The notes: generated from the letters alone by a model not told the origin. Numbered from the stretch's first letter, positions 10,136 through 19,744 are shown. The stretch: DNA of 37,924 nucleotides from Nitrospirota bacterium (GCA_015233485.1 JADFXO010000001.1:1-37924); one strand, 5' to 3'. A program made the numbers and translations.

Positions 10136-11044
10136 CTAGGGAGGGCAGTCGGCACAAATCGACTTAAACAGCGCCGTGCTTAAATACCTGTCTCCTCTGT
10201 CGGGCAGTATTACAACTAACACGCCGTCTTTCATCTCCTTCGCCTTTTTCAGGGCTATAAAGACGGCCGCTCCGCTGCTCATGCCCACGAAAAGCCCCTC
10301 TCTGACTGCCAGTGCCTGCGCGGTCGAATATGCCTCGTCGTCGTTGACGTTGTGCTTTTCGTCAAGGCGCGAGGGATCAAACAGGCCGGGCACGATAGAC
10401 TCGCCCATGTTCTTCAGGCCCTGAATCTTGTGGCCGAGAATCGGCTCCACGCCGACTATCTGAATTGACTTGTCGTATTCCTTGAGCCTCTTGCTAGTGC
10501 CCATGAGAGTGCCCGATGTGCCCATGCCGGCAATAAAGGCGCTTATCTCGCCCTTTGTCTGGTTATAGACCTCCACGCCGGTGCCTTCGTAGTGGGCCTT
10601 CATGTTGGATGGGTTGTTGAATTGGTCAGGCATAAAGTAGTCCTTGCGGTTTTCGTCGTAGAGCTTATGGGCAAGCCTGATTGCCCCGTCAGTGCCTTCT
10701 TTGCCGGGGCTTAGGATAAGCTCGGCACCAAAGGCCTCAAGGGTCTTGCGCCTTTCCATGCTTACGCACTCCGGCATGACCAGTTTAACGTGGTAGCCCT
10801 TGGCGGCCGCAACCATGGCAAGTCCTATGCCCGTGTTGCCGCTTGTAGGCTCAAGTATTACCTTTTCCTTTGTCAGTGCCCCGGAGATTTCGGCGTCTTT
10901 TATCATATAGTACGCTATTCTGTCTTTTACGGAGCCCCCGGGATTATTCCCTTCAAGTTTCGCATAGACCTTTACCTTGGGGTTTGTGTTCAAATTGTCC
11001 AGACTTACTATTGGGGTGTTGCCTATTGCGTCTAATACTCCCAT
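10136..11044 (-). CDS. cysM: PLP-dependent cysteine synthase (CysK/CysM family, CysM-like)
   Basis: IGNTP, AKLEGNNPGGSVKDR (PLP lysine), EPTSGNTGIG, GMGTSGT, PDRGDRYLS. Confidence 0.85.
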   Translation of the reverse strand: MGVLDAIGNTPIVSLDNLNTNPKVKVYAKLEGNNPGGSVKDRIAYYMIKDAEISGALTKEKVILEPTSGNTGIGLAMVAAAKGYHVKLVMPECVSMERRKTLEAFGAELILSPGKEGTDGAIRLAHKLYDENRKDYFMPDQFNNPSNMKAHYEGTGVEVYNQTKGEISAFIAGMGTSGTLMGTSKRLKEYDKSIQIVGVEPILGHKIQGLKNMGESIVPGLFDPSRLDEKHNVNDDEAYSTAQALAVREGLFVGMSSGAAVFIALKKAKEMKDGVLVVILPDRGDRYLSTALFKSICADCPP

Positions 11045-11064
11045 TGTCTTAACTCCTTATGTTA

Positions 11065-11508
11065 TTAGGTATTTATTCCAGAACTTCGGGCGACAACCGT
11101 CTTTACCTCGAACTGCGGTTGATCCATGATTGCCTTTTTCACGGCACACTGGTCAGCAACCCTTACGATAGCGTCATAGTATTTCTCCGGGAAATCCGGC
11201 GGCACCTTTATATCTATGGTTATCTTTGCCAGCTTCGACTTTCCCGGCCCTTCGGTGGTGTATTCGTGGCTTTGCTCAAGGGTCATTCCATCGGTAGGGA
11301 TGGAGTTTTTCTGGCAAAAACTCAGGACGAAAATCCCGGCGCATGTGCCGATAGATGCGAGGAAATATTTAAACGGCTCAGGGGCAGAACCATCTCCGCC
11401 ATATTTGACGGCCTGGTCGGTGGCTATAACCATCGGAGCCGCATCGCCAACCGGCGCAAACTCGGCATTGACACGCTTGCCGCCAGGAAAGGTGATCAGA
11501 ATGTCCAT
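11065..11508 (-). CDS. OsmC/Ohr/YhfA-family protein
   Basis: TDQ..YGGDGSAPEP, LASIGTCAG and DQCAVK, the two-Cys pattern of the family. Confidence 0.85.
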   Translation of the reverse strand: MDILITFPGGKRVNAEFAPVGDAAPMVIATDQAVKYGGDGSAPEPFKYFLASIGTCAGIFVLSFCQKNSIPTDGMTLEQSHEYTTEGPGKSKLAKITIDIKVPPDFPEKYYDAIVRVADQCAVKKAIMDQPQFEVKTVVARSSGINT

Positions 11509-11700
11509 CGGGGCCTCCTCAATTATTAAAAACTTACAGGCGCTGACTCAACGCCTGTACTGCAATACTAACATTTCCCGAAATAAATTTGCAAACCGCA
11601 GCCCTGGTATTAATCTCCCCGCGCGCCTGCCCCCGGCGCTTACTGCTGCTACTTCGCCGAGGCGGAGTCCGGCTGTCTAAAAATGTTGCCGCCGGCATTA

Positions 11701-12567
11701 CTATGTTTTATAAAAACAAAACATCCTGATGTATGGTATATATTTCCCCATTGTAGTAAATATATTTTCAGCCGCCCTGCTTGCCGATATTATTTTATTT
11801 AAAAAATAACTTCTTTTAAATTCTACTAAAAAAGCATAATCGCTCTTATCCTGTAATTTCAGCCCAAATTCGTTTGCCATTGCGATTATCTCACCGTCTG
11901 TACGCCTGAAATCGTGGTGTTTTATAACAATGCCTTCAAGTTTCCCTGTAGTAAACAATTTTTTTGCCCGCAATAAACAGACTTCATATTTTAACAAACA
12001 ATCATGAATCAAATACGACAAATAATTGTCCGGCGACCCGGCAGAATCAAGGATTAATTTCCCGCCAGATTCCAGACTTTGCGATACATGTTGAAAGAAT
12101 GTTCTTAGTCTGGCGTCGTCAGGAAGGTATATCATGCTCAGGTTCAGGATTGCACTGTAAGTGTAAGGCGCGGGTGATTGCAGGATATTTAGCCTATAAA
12201 ACTTAAACTGTGGAAACAGGTTGACTGTTGCGCGATACATCTCATCTGACATATCCAGGTCGGAACACGTTATATTGTACGCTCCTTCCTCCATTAAATA
12301 TAGTTCATTTGCAGAGCGGCCGGAGGCGGTAGAAAGAATCTTGTCTTCTTTGTTCAGGTGGCGCCTTATGAATTCGTCATAGCATTGAAGCCTACCAAGG
12401 TGGTATCCAAAGAAATAATTATTAAAAAATTCAGATTTGCTATTGTAAGCCTCGTCCGTATCGTAACCACCCATTCCCGCTGCATGTTCGTGGTATTGTT
12501 CATCTAAGCCTACGAACTTTTTCCCGCGCACATCAGCGTCTATCGAATATTTATACCACGGCCTCAC
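11701..12567 (-). CDS. Probable class I SAM-dependent methyltransferase
   Basis: Degenerate motif I (KILSTASG), acidic motif II (ITCSD), LESGGKLILD; GTG start after a GGGG RBS-like stretch. Confidence 0.6.
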   Translation of the reverse strand: MRPWYKYSIDADVRGKKFVGLDEQYHEHAAGMGGYDTDEAYNSKSEFFNNYFFGYHLGRLQCYDEFIRRHLNKEDKILSTASGRSANELYLMEEGAYNITCSDLDMSDEMYRATVNLFPQFKFYRLNILQSPAPYTYSAILNLSMIYLPDDARLRTFFQHVSQSLESGGKLILDSAGSPDNYLSYLIHDCLLKYEVCLLRAKKLFTTGKLEGIVIKHHDFRRTDGEIIAMANEFGLKLQDKSDYAFLVEFKRSYFLNKIISASRAAENIFTTMGKYIPYIRMFCFYKT

Positions 12568-12741
12568 AGTTTGCCCCCTTTGTTTATTTTAGACATCATC
12601 GGCATTCCTGCTAAGCAGATTAAAGCATGTATCTATATTACATGTCAAGGATTTGAGGTGTCAGCGCTGTGTCTCCAGCTTTGTGAAGGGGCAGTTAACC
12701 TTACAAATTATACGAATTATGGTATAAAAGGGACATGGTCT

Positions 12742-14652
12742 ATGGCTAAGGACGACAGCAAGGGGATGTGCAGGGATTACTTACAGTCCCATTGTTACTG
12801 GGTGCTGCCGGTAGTGTTTTGGGCGCTTGTATCGCTGGCTTCGTTGAAGTGGCATCTGTATTTGCTGGAAGAAGAGGCGTATAATATGGCGCTTGAGTCA
12901 GGCCGCTCGATGTTCGAAATGATCGAGACCACGCGCCTCTGGAACGCCAGCCACGGCGGCGTCTATGTCCCCGTTACAGAGTCGTCGCAGCCTAATCCCT
13001 ATATCGACACCCCGGACAGGGATATAAGCACTGTCGACGGCAAAAAACTGACATTGGTTAACCCGGCATTTATGACGCGCCAGATTGCGGAAATAGCCAA
13101 AAGCATAAACAGCGTAGAGTTTCACATCACAAGCCTTAACCCTATAAGGCCGGGCAATATTGCCTCACCGTGGGAAGCGGCCGCCCTTAAGCGCTTTGAG
13201 AAGGGTTCGGCGGAGGAGGTCAGACTGCAAGGGGGAGACGGGACTTTTGTCTATATGGCCCCGCTGAAAGTAGAAAAGACCTGTCTGAATTGCCACGCAA
13301 AACAGGGATACAAAGAAGGCGATATCAGAGGCGGTATATCAGTGGCCGTCCCTGTGTCGTCGATTGCCAAATACACTATTAACCAGAGGAATAATTTTAT
13401 CGTCCTGCACATATTTATATTCATCTCCATGTCACTGACGATGCTGTTTTTCACGAAGCGCCTGAGGCGGCAGTGGCTGGCCCTCAAAGAGGCCAAAGAC
13501 ACGCAGGACGTAGCAGTAGAGGAGCGCACTGCCGAGCTGAAAGAAACGAATGCGCGCCTGACAGAAGAGCTAGACGAACGCAAAGCGGCGGAGGAGGTAA
13601 TCAGTGAGTCGGAGATGAAATTTCGCTCCCTGATTCAATCCGTCATGGATGGAATAATCTCGACTGACTCACAGGGCATAATTGTCGCGTTTAACAGGGG
13701 GGCGGAGTCCCTGTTCGGATATACCGCAGGGGAGGTAATAAATAAACCCGTTTCGATACTGATCCCCGCACGCCTTAGCGAGGCATATTTAAGGGCGTTT
13801 AAGACATTTCAGCTCCTCGGCGTGTCCTACATGGCCGGTAAACGGGTCGAGTTTGAGGGCCTCAGAAAGGATGGCACAGAGTTTTCCTTTGATATCTCAC
13901 TGGCCTCATGGAAGACCAAAAGCGGGACATTTTATACCGGCATCGCCCGCGACATCACCGCTCATAAGAAGATGGAAAACCAGATAACCGCGTCACTGCG
14001 GGAAAAGGTAATCCTTATTCGGGAGATTCACCACAGGGTAAAAAACAACATGCAAATCATCATAAGCCTTCTTAATATCCAGACAGGGCTTATAAAAGAC
14101 CCCGCTGACGCCGAGATGTTTAACGAGACAAAGAATCGAATACTGGCGATGTCCCTTGTACACGAGCGTCTCCACCAGTCCGAAACCCTTGCCGATATAG
14201 ATTTTGCCGACTACGTAGGAAAGCTCGCAAGGGGGCTTTTCCGCTCCTACGGCGTGAATGCCTCAAGGATTGCGCTTAAAATCGACATACCTTCGCTGTC
14301 CATCGGCGTGGATATGGCCGTATCGTGCGGCCTTGTGTTAAATGAGCTGCTGTCCAATTCCCTGAAATATGCCTTTAAAGGCAACAGAAGCGGTGAGATT
14401 GGGATAAGCGTCTCATGCCATGACGGCAAGTATGACATCGACATATGGGATGATGGCGCGGGATTACCGGAGTCGGTCGGCCTTCGGGACAACGAGACGC
14501 TCGGCCTGCAGCTTGTGGTGTCCATTGTGGAAAACCAACTGCGCGGCACCGTTGCCTTAATCAGAGAAAATGGCACGAGGTTTAAGATTACATTCTCAGA
14601 AGCCAGGTCAAGGTCAGGCGAAGTCTCCTTTGACGACACGAAGGAGTTTTAA
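12742..14652 (+). CDS. Membrane sensor histidine kinase with periplasmic heme-c domain (DUF3365/Tll0287-like), PAS and HisKA_2
   Basis: Two TM helices around WNASHGGVYVP...NPAFMTRQI...TSLNPIRPGN...CLNCH; PAS; EIHHRVKNN; NSLKYAF; DDGAG. Start moved from the ORF-track 12571 to ATG 12742. Confidence 0.88.
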   Translation: MAKDDSKGMCRDYLQSHCYWVLPVVFWALVSLASLKWHLYLLEEEAYNMALESGRSMFEMIETTRLWNASHGGVYVPVTESSQPNPYIDTPDRDISTVDGKKLTLVNPAFMTRQIAEIAKSINSVEFHITSLNPIRPGNIASPWEAAALKRFEKGSAEEVRLQGGDGTFVYMAPLKVEKTCLNCHAKQGYKEGDIRGGISVAVPVSSIAKYTINQRNNFIVLHIFIFISMSLTMLFFTKRLRRQWLALKEAKDTQDVAVEERTAELKETNARLTEELDERKAAEEVISESEMKFRSLIQSVMDGIISTDSQGIIVAFNRGAESLFGYTAGEVINKPVSILIPARLSEAYLRAFKTFQLLGVSYMAGKRVEFEGLRKDGTEFSFDISLASWKTKSGTFYTGIARDITAHKKMENQITASLREKVILIREIHHRVKNNMQIIISLLNIQTGLIKDPADAEMFNETKNRILAMSLVHERLHQSETLADIDFADYVGKLARGLFRSYGVNASRIALKIDIPSLSIGVDMAVSCGLVLNELLSNSLKYAFKGNRSGEIGISVSCHDGKYDIDIWDDGAGLPESVGLRDNETLGLQLVVSIVENQLRGTVALIRENGTRFKITFSEARSRSGEVSFDDTKEF

Positions 14653-14672
14653 GCGGGATTGCTGTTGGGTAT

Positions 14673-15724
14673 CTACAGACGCAAGCCACACATTCCCATG
14701 ACAATTAACACCGAGATCGCCCCGCCGATGACGGTGCTGGCGATCATCAGCCGGTCCGCCAGGTGCTTGTTCATTCCGCGCTTTAGCATCACGACGCGTA
14801 TGGCGCCGGCGATGTGTGACAGTACGAAAAAGACGGCCAGCACATAAAGTGGCACAAGACGAATATTCCATGGGTCTTTGAGAAGGCCTACCGGCGCTCC
14901 GGTTGCAAATCCCCACCCTGAATTGATGCCAAGATAGGTGCGGGCAAAGATAAAAACCGCGTTCATGTGGCTAATCACGAACAAGGAGAGATACACACCT
15001 GAACAGATATGGAAGGTTTGAAAACGATCGGAAGGCCTGACGGTGGCACGCTGGAAAAGATAAAACCCACTCACAACCTGAAAAAGGAAGAGTCCAACCA
15101 ACACCGGCTCAACGATGGCTGAGCGGTAGACGTGCCTCAGTGTCTTCATGACGGCAGTATGCACGTCAGGGCCTCCCAACCCGGCGAGTTGATTGCCAAT
15201 ATGCATTAGAAGAAATAAGACGATGATAAACAGCGCTGCTACCATATGTGTTTTGAGCATACGGGAAGAGAGCGGGTATGTTGGTGTTGCAACAGCCGTA
15301 TCGTTGCCATTGCGCAGGACTGCCGTCAGGACAACTGCCCAGAACACGGCAAGTACCCATTTGTCGAAAGCCGGGTAACCAAGCATGTAGAGACGACACC
15401 AACAAAAGTGAAAATGACGGGTGTAGCCGCTGCAAGAAAGGCGGCCCGTCGGGCTTGTAAAACTGCGGCCGTCGCTGTTGAGGCCCTCGATAACCTCATA
15501 GCGAACAACAGGGCAACTCCGGGGACGGCAAAGGCTGCAAGAAGGAAGACCGCCGCCATCAGCCACGGAAGCAAACCGGCATGAGCGCCTCCCGAGGTGA
15601 TCATGTGGACACCTCCGCTATATCCCTCAAGCAGGAACGGATAAATCATCGCTGCAAGGGGCGCAACGGCCATAGGGACGCGTGTTTTGAAACCATCCTG
15701 CTTAATACCAGCGATTGCGGTCAT
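14673..15724 (-). pseudogene. Uncharacterised polytopic membrane protein, split by a 1-bp frameshift at ~15391
   Basis: ORF 15326..15724 has an RBS and TM helices; ORF 14673..15566 carries further TM helices with His residues. Adding one C joins VIFTFVGVV to LYMLGYP in a ~350-aa frame. Confidence 0.7.
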
Positions 15725-15880
15725 CTTTAACCTCCGTATTTTCGAAATGCCCTATATATTATCATATTCTATAGGAAGCAGAGCTATATATATCTAAGAC
15801 GAAAGAGCGGAAGACACGGAAAGAGATGAAATTCAATGATGCTCCTCAAGGGCAAATTCCCGTTATGCCGCGCTTTGGCC

Positions 15881-17782
15881 TCATGCGGAGAGGGCCGGCG
15901 CCACGGCCTTGCCGTGATATTTATAAAATGCGTCGATACCTTCCTTTCCCATATAACGGGTCAGGAGGGCTGGCTCTGTGAGGGTCAAATCGACGAGAAT
16001 AAGGCCGTCAAGGCAGTCGCCGAAACTGTGGTCAATGTTAAAGCCGATTAATTTGCCCCCGAGACGCAGATACTGCCTGAGCAGGATTGGCACACCCTTT
16101 GGGGGGGTGAGTTCTGTAGGCGATTGGCCGTGAGCCACGCAATCGGAGTCTCCGATTGCGGCAATCAACTCTGATATATCGTCAATATCCCTGACAAACG
16201 AGAGGGCGGTGCCGGTATCCCAGCCTGTTACCGGCTCCGGCCTGAGCGGGGTCTTTGGCCTTATGTATCTTGCCAGAGATGGAATGTAACTTGTCATTTT
16301 CAGGAAAGACACGATGAGCTGGGCTGAAGCGCCGCTGTAGTCCTTGTTTATGCTCACAGGGCCGAACAAATATCTGTATTTGGGATTGCTGGACACTATC
16401 TGGCCTATTCCCTTCCACAGGAGCAGGAGGGGCAAATAACTCCTTTGATACTCCTGCCTGACGAAAGACCTCCCCATCTCAAGTGCGGGGCTTATCTTGT
16501 CGAGGAATTGTTCGCCGTACTTAAACAGTGTGCTCGTGTATAACCCCTTTATTCCCTGTTTCATAAGGATTTCATCTGTCTTTCCAAACCTGTAAGCCCC
16601 CACAATCTCGTTTTTGTCGCTGTTCCAGATAAACAGATGCAGGTAATGGCTATCGAATTGGTCTAAGTCTGCCGCCTTGCCCGTGCCCTCGTTACCGGCG
16701 CGGAAGGTTATCTCGCGAAGGCGGCCTATCTCCCTAAGTATAGAGGGAATCTGCCATGACCAGGCGGAGGCGGCGGTGTACTGCCCATGTCTGGCAAGGA
16801 TTTGTTCCTCCGGCAGTGCGGCTATTTCGCCGCGCATGACATCGGGATTTTCCGCGGGGGCTATGGGTGTCATCTCCGGTGTGCCTTCGGATAACCCTTT
16901 GGGAAGATTGAATGGGATGCCCAGGGGGAATCGTCTTTTTCTCCTGAGCTCTGTGCCGTTAGCAAGCAGGTATGTGCGCAGCCTAAGGTAGTCCATCACG
17001 GCCTCGCCGGATTCTATCTTGCAGAGCCTGTTAAATGAGACGAGGTTGCCGATTTTCACGCGTATGGTTTTTTTCGCCTTGTTCAGAAATTCGTGAGGAA
17101 GCATTGCCGTGCGCAGGAGCGGGTGTATCAGGCCGGCCAGGTTAAACAATATGCCGTTTGAGCCGTCAAAGTAAACAGGCAGGGCTGGGGACGCGGTCTT
17201 CCTTATTATCCTCGCCACGGAGGTGTCCCATTTGGGGTCGGTTACTTCGCGTTTTTGAAGGTCAACATGTGAGACCTCACCGGCTGGAAAAACCACTAAC
17301 ATACCGCCCTGTTTTACCCATAAAACCGTCTCTCTGAGGGATTTGACATTCATGCGGTAAGAGTCTTTCTTTTTAAAAGGATCGACAAAGAAGAACATGT
17401 CTGCGATGTCAGGGATATAGGAAAGCAGATAATTGGCCATAATCCTGACGTCAGGGCGAACCATGCGCAGTATAGAGGCGATAATCATCCCCTCTATGCC
17501 TCCAAATGGGTGGTTTGCCACAACGACGGCCGGCCCTGAGGCTGGGATGCGCCTGATATCCTCCTCTGAAATCTCATACTTTACGTCCAGCGCCTGAAGG
17601 GTTTTAGTAATAAAACAGCCACCTTCCCTTTCCGTCAGCTCCTCATATAGTTTATTAAGGAGGTGAAAGGACATGAGACGCTCTAACGCAGCCCTGATAA
17701 TAGGCCCGATAATAGGGTTTAAGTGCCCGTTTGAGGGGATCTCAAGCCTGAAAACATTATTCTTGTGTGAGTTGTCCGCCAT
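15881..17782 (-). CDS. PlsC-type acyltransferase + GNAT fusion; OlsF-like ornithine/amino-lipid synthase (often annotated as putative hemolysin)
   Basis: N-half ANHPFGGIEG and FPAGEVS; C-half EIGRLREITFR, DLDQFD, IVGAYR, LEMGRSFV, LLLWKGI, YLFGPVSI, PILLRQY; AGGAGG RBS. Confidence 0.82.
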   Translation of the reverse strand: MADNSHKNNVFRLEIPSNGHLNPIIGPIIRAALERLMSFHLLNKLYEELTEREGGCFITKTLQALDVKYEISEEDIRRIPASGPAVVVANHPFGGIEGMIIASILRMVRPDVRIMANYLLSYIPDIADMFFFVDPFKKKDSYRMNVKSLRETVLWVKQGGMLVVFPAGEVSHVDLQKREVTDPKWDTSVARIIRKTASPALPVYFDGSNGILFNLAGLIHPLLRTAMLPHEFLNKAKKTIRVKIGNLVSFNRLCKIESGEAVMDYLRLRTYLLANGTELRRKRRFPLGIPFNLPKGLSEGTPEMTPIAPAENPDVMRGEIAALPEEQILARHGQYTAASAWSWQIPSILREIGRLREITFRAGNEGTGKAADLDQFDSHYLHLFIWNSDKNEIVGAYRFGKTDEILMKQGIKGLYTSTLFKYGEQFLDKISPALEMGRSFVRQEYQRSYLPLLLLWKGIGQIVSSNPKYRYLFGPVSINKDYSGASAQLIVSFLKMTSYIPSLARYIRPKTPLRPEPVTGWDTGTALSFVRDIDDISELIAAIGDSDCVAHGQSPTELTPPKGVPILLRQYLRLGGKLIGFNIDHSFGDCLDGLILVDLTLTEPALLTRYMGKEGIDAFYKYHGKAVAPALSA

Positions 17783-17885
17783 GTCTTTTCCTCCTGTTTG
17801 TTCGGGCTGTTTGGTAGGGCTGTCTGTCCTGGCGCCGCCCCTGCCAGATTTTTATATTATCGTTTGTTATTAAATCCATGCGCAT

Positions 17886-17951
17886 ATTATATCGGTATAT
17901 TGTTACAATTGCATTAAGGTATGATTATGATTTTGTTATAGTTTGGTTACA
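17886..17951 (-). promoter_or_regulatory. Pho-box-like array (five 11-bp-phased half-sites) plus perfect -10 upstream of the olsF-like gene
   Basis: Minus-strand TGTAAC, TATAAC, CATAAT, CTTAAT and TGTAAC at 17946, 17935, 17924, 17913 and 17902; TATAAT at 17891-17886 lies 10 bp after the last half-site. Confidence 0.7.
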
Positions 17952-18062
17952 TTATGAGATATTAGTGTGTATTCACACGGGTGCTGACAGCAAATGCCAC
18001 GATATTCACGATATTAAGGACAAACGCGGCATTGCTTTTCAATTCACTTTTCAATTAGCGTG

Positions 18063-18092
18063 TTGACATAAGCAGAGGAATAATATTATTAT
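18063..18092 (+). promoter_or_regulatory. Putative sigma70 promoter with overlapping AT-rich palindrome
   Basis: TTGACA-N18-TATTAT; palindrome AATAATATTATT at 18079-18090. Confidence 0.5.
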
Positions 18093-18142
18093 TAGTGAGC
18101 CGGTTTAGGCTAAATCAAGGATAATTCGGAGGCCATAATATT

Positions 18143-18628
18143 ATGAAGAAATTAGCGGCGCAAATACTCTTAGCCGGTGCGGCTGTGGCATCAATGGGGA
18201 TGCCCTTCGCCGAAGCCGTTAACAAACTTGCTGTGGAATCCTCAAAATCACAGGCAAAAAAGGTTATCGACACCATAGACCAGGCATACGAAAGAGGCGA
18301 TGTAGATACCATGATGAAAAATATCGCCTCAGACGCCAGCCTCACTATCATAGGCGTGGGCGAAGGCAGCTACGCGGTTGGATATGAAAACATTAAAAAT
18401 GCCTTAAAAAAGGCCGCCCAAATACACGCATACAAGTGCCATACCACCGAACAGTCCGTCAACGTAAACAAGTCCAGCGATGTGGCATGGATAGCCCAGC
18501 AGAGCGATTGCACCACGCCCACCGGCGGCAAGAAAGTGACGATTCGCTCAACGGCAGTCGAGGTCAAAAAAGACGGCAAGTGGCTCCTCATCCAGGCGCA
18601 CCACTCTATTGGAGCGCCCGAAGAATAA
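18143..18628 (+). CDS. Exported SnoaL/NTF2-like protein, paralogue 1
   Basis: Sec signal peptide, AYERGDVD helix, DVAW, R-S-T..V.VKKDGKWLLIQAHHS; GGAGG RBS. Confidence 0.8.
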   Translation: MKKLAAQILLAGAAVASMGMPFAEAVNKLAVESSKSQAKKVIDTIDQAYERGDVDTMMKNIASDASLTIIGVGEGSYAVGYENIKNALKKAAQIHAYKCHTTEQSVNVNKSSDVAWIAQQSDCTTPTGGKKVTIRSTAVEVKKDGKWLLIQAHHSIGAPEE

Positions 18629-18724
18629 CAGCAGGTTAATATGATTTAAAATAAGCGGGCAGCCCTGTACGCCCCGAATTCTTCGAATTTACAGAGGGCT
18701 GGCTTGCTCAGGGAGACAGCGACG

Positions 18725-19231
18725 ATGAAAAAGGTGTTATACGCGTTGGTTGCCGCGGCGGCGGTGCTGCTTATAAGCGAAGGCGCTATGTGCGGCGTAG
18801 GGAAGCCCATAGGGCAGGATGTATATAAGGCGCAGATAAAGAAGGTCTTAGACGATATAAACAATGCGTTTCTGAAAAGCGATATGGATGGGTTTTTAAA
18901 ATATGTGGCCCACGACGCCGATGTAGTCGCCATTGACATCATGACCGGAGATTATATCGTCGGATTTGATAAGATTGCCGAGCATATGAAAAAAACAGCC
19001 GGCATGAAGGCAACATACAAGTGTTCGCTCATAGATGAGACGATCCACGTAAATATGTCCGCAAGGGTGGCATGGTCAGCCCAGCTTAGTGATTGCAGCA
19101 TCACGGTTGACGGCAAAACCATATCTATGAAGGTCAGGTCTACGTCCACGTTCGAAAGGAGAGGCGGCATATGGCTCATGGTGCAGGGACACGACTCCGT
19201 AGGTCTGCCTCACGTTAATGACGTCAGGTGA
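18725..19231 (+). CDS. Exported SnoaL/NTF2-like protein, paralogue 2
   Basis: Signal peptide MKKVLYALV, RVAW, RSTSTFERRGGIWLMVQGHDS; start moved to ATG 18725. Confidence 0.8.
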   Translation: MKKVLYALVAAAAVLLISEGAMCGVGKPIGQDVYKAQIKKVLDDINNAFLKSDMDGFLKYVAHDADVVAIDIMTGDYIVGFDKIAEHMKKTAGMKATYKCSLIDETIHVNMSARVAWSAQLSDCSITVDGKTISMKVRSTSTFERRGGIWLMVQGHDSVGLPHVNDVR

Positions 19232-19312
19232 CGGCGGCGACATCTATCCGGCGGCATTGAGCTGGCCGGCAGTCAGGATTATACGCAATTAAATTACAGG
19301 AGGGAGTTATTT

Positions 19313-19729
19313 ATGGCAAGTGCGGAATTGAAAAAGATGATGAACGCGGCAATCGCGAGGGAACTCAAGGTCAGTATTCAGTACATTTTTCAACACATAA
19401 TGATAAAAGGGAAAAGGGCCAGGTTCATAGGTACGGAGTTAAGGGCGATAGCCATCGTGGAGATGCTCCACGCGGAGAAAATTGCGGAAAGGCTTGTCTA
19501 TCTCGGCGAAGTCCCAACCACAATTCCAGACATCGTCGACATCACTGGCAGCGAACAGGAAATCCTCCAAAAGGATTTAGCCGAAGAGGCTTATGCAATC
19601 GAACTCTACAAAAAGATCATCAAAATGGCCAACGACGAGGGCGACTCCACCACAAGGCTCCTCTTTGAGCAGATCCTCGCCGAAGAAGAGCTGCACCATC
19701 AGACGTTTCAGACGCTCTTAGGAGAATGA
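19313..19729 (+). CDS. Short ferritin-like di-iron protein (bacterioferritin-related)
   Basis: E-x6-Y (ELKVSIQY), EMLH, ERL..LG, E-x6-Y (EAYAIELY), EELH; AGGAGG RBS. Confidence 0.85.
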   Translation: MASAELKKMMNAAIARELKVSIQYIFQHIMIKGKRARFIGTELRAIAIVEMLHAEKIAERLVYLGEVPTTIPDIVDITGSEQEILQKDLAEEAYAIELYKKIIKMANDEGDSTTRLLFEQILAEEELHHQTFQTLLGE

Positions 19730-19744
19730 TGCGGCGCGTCAATC

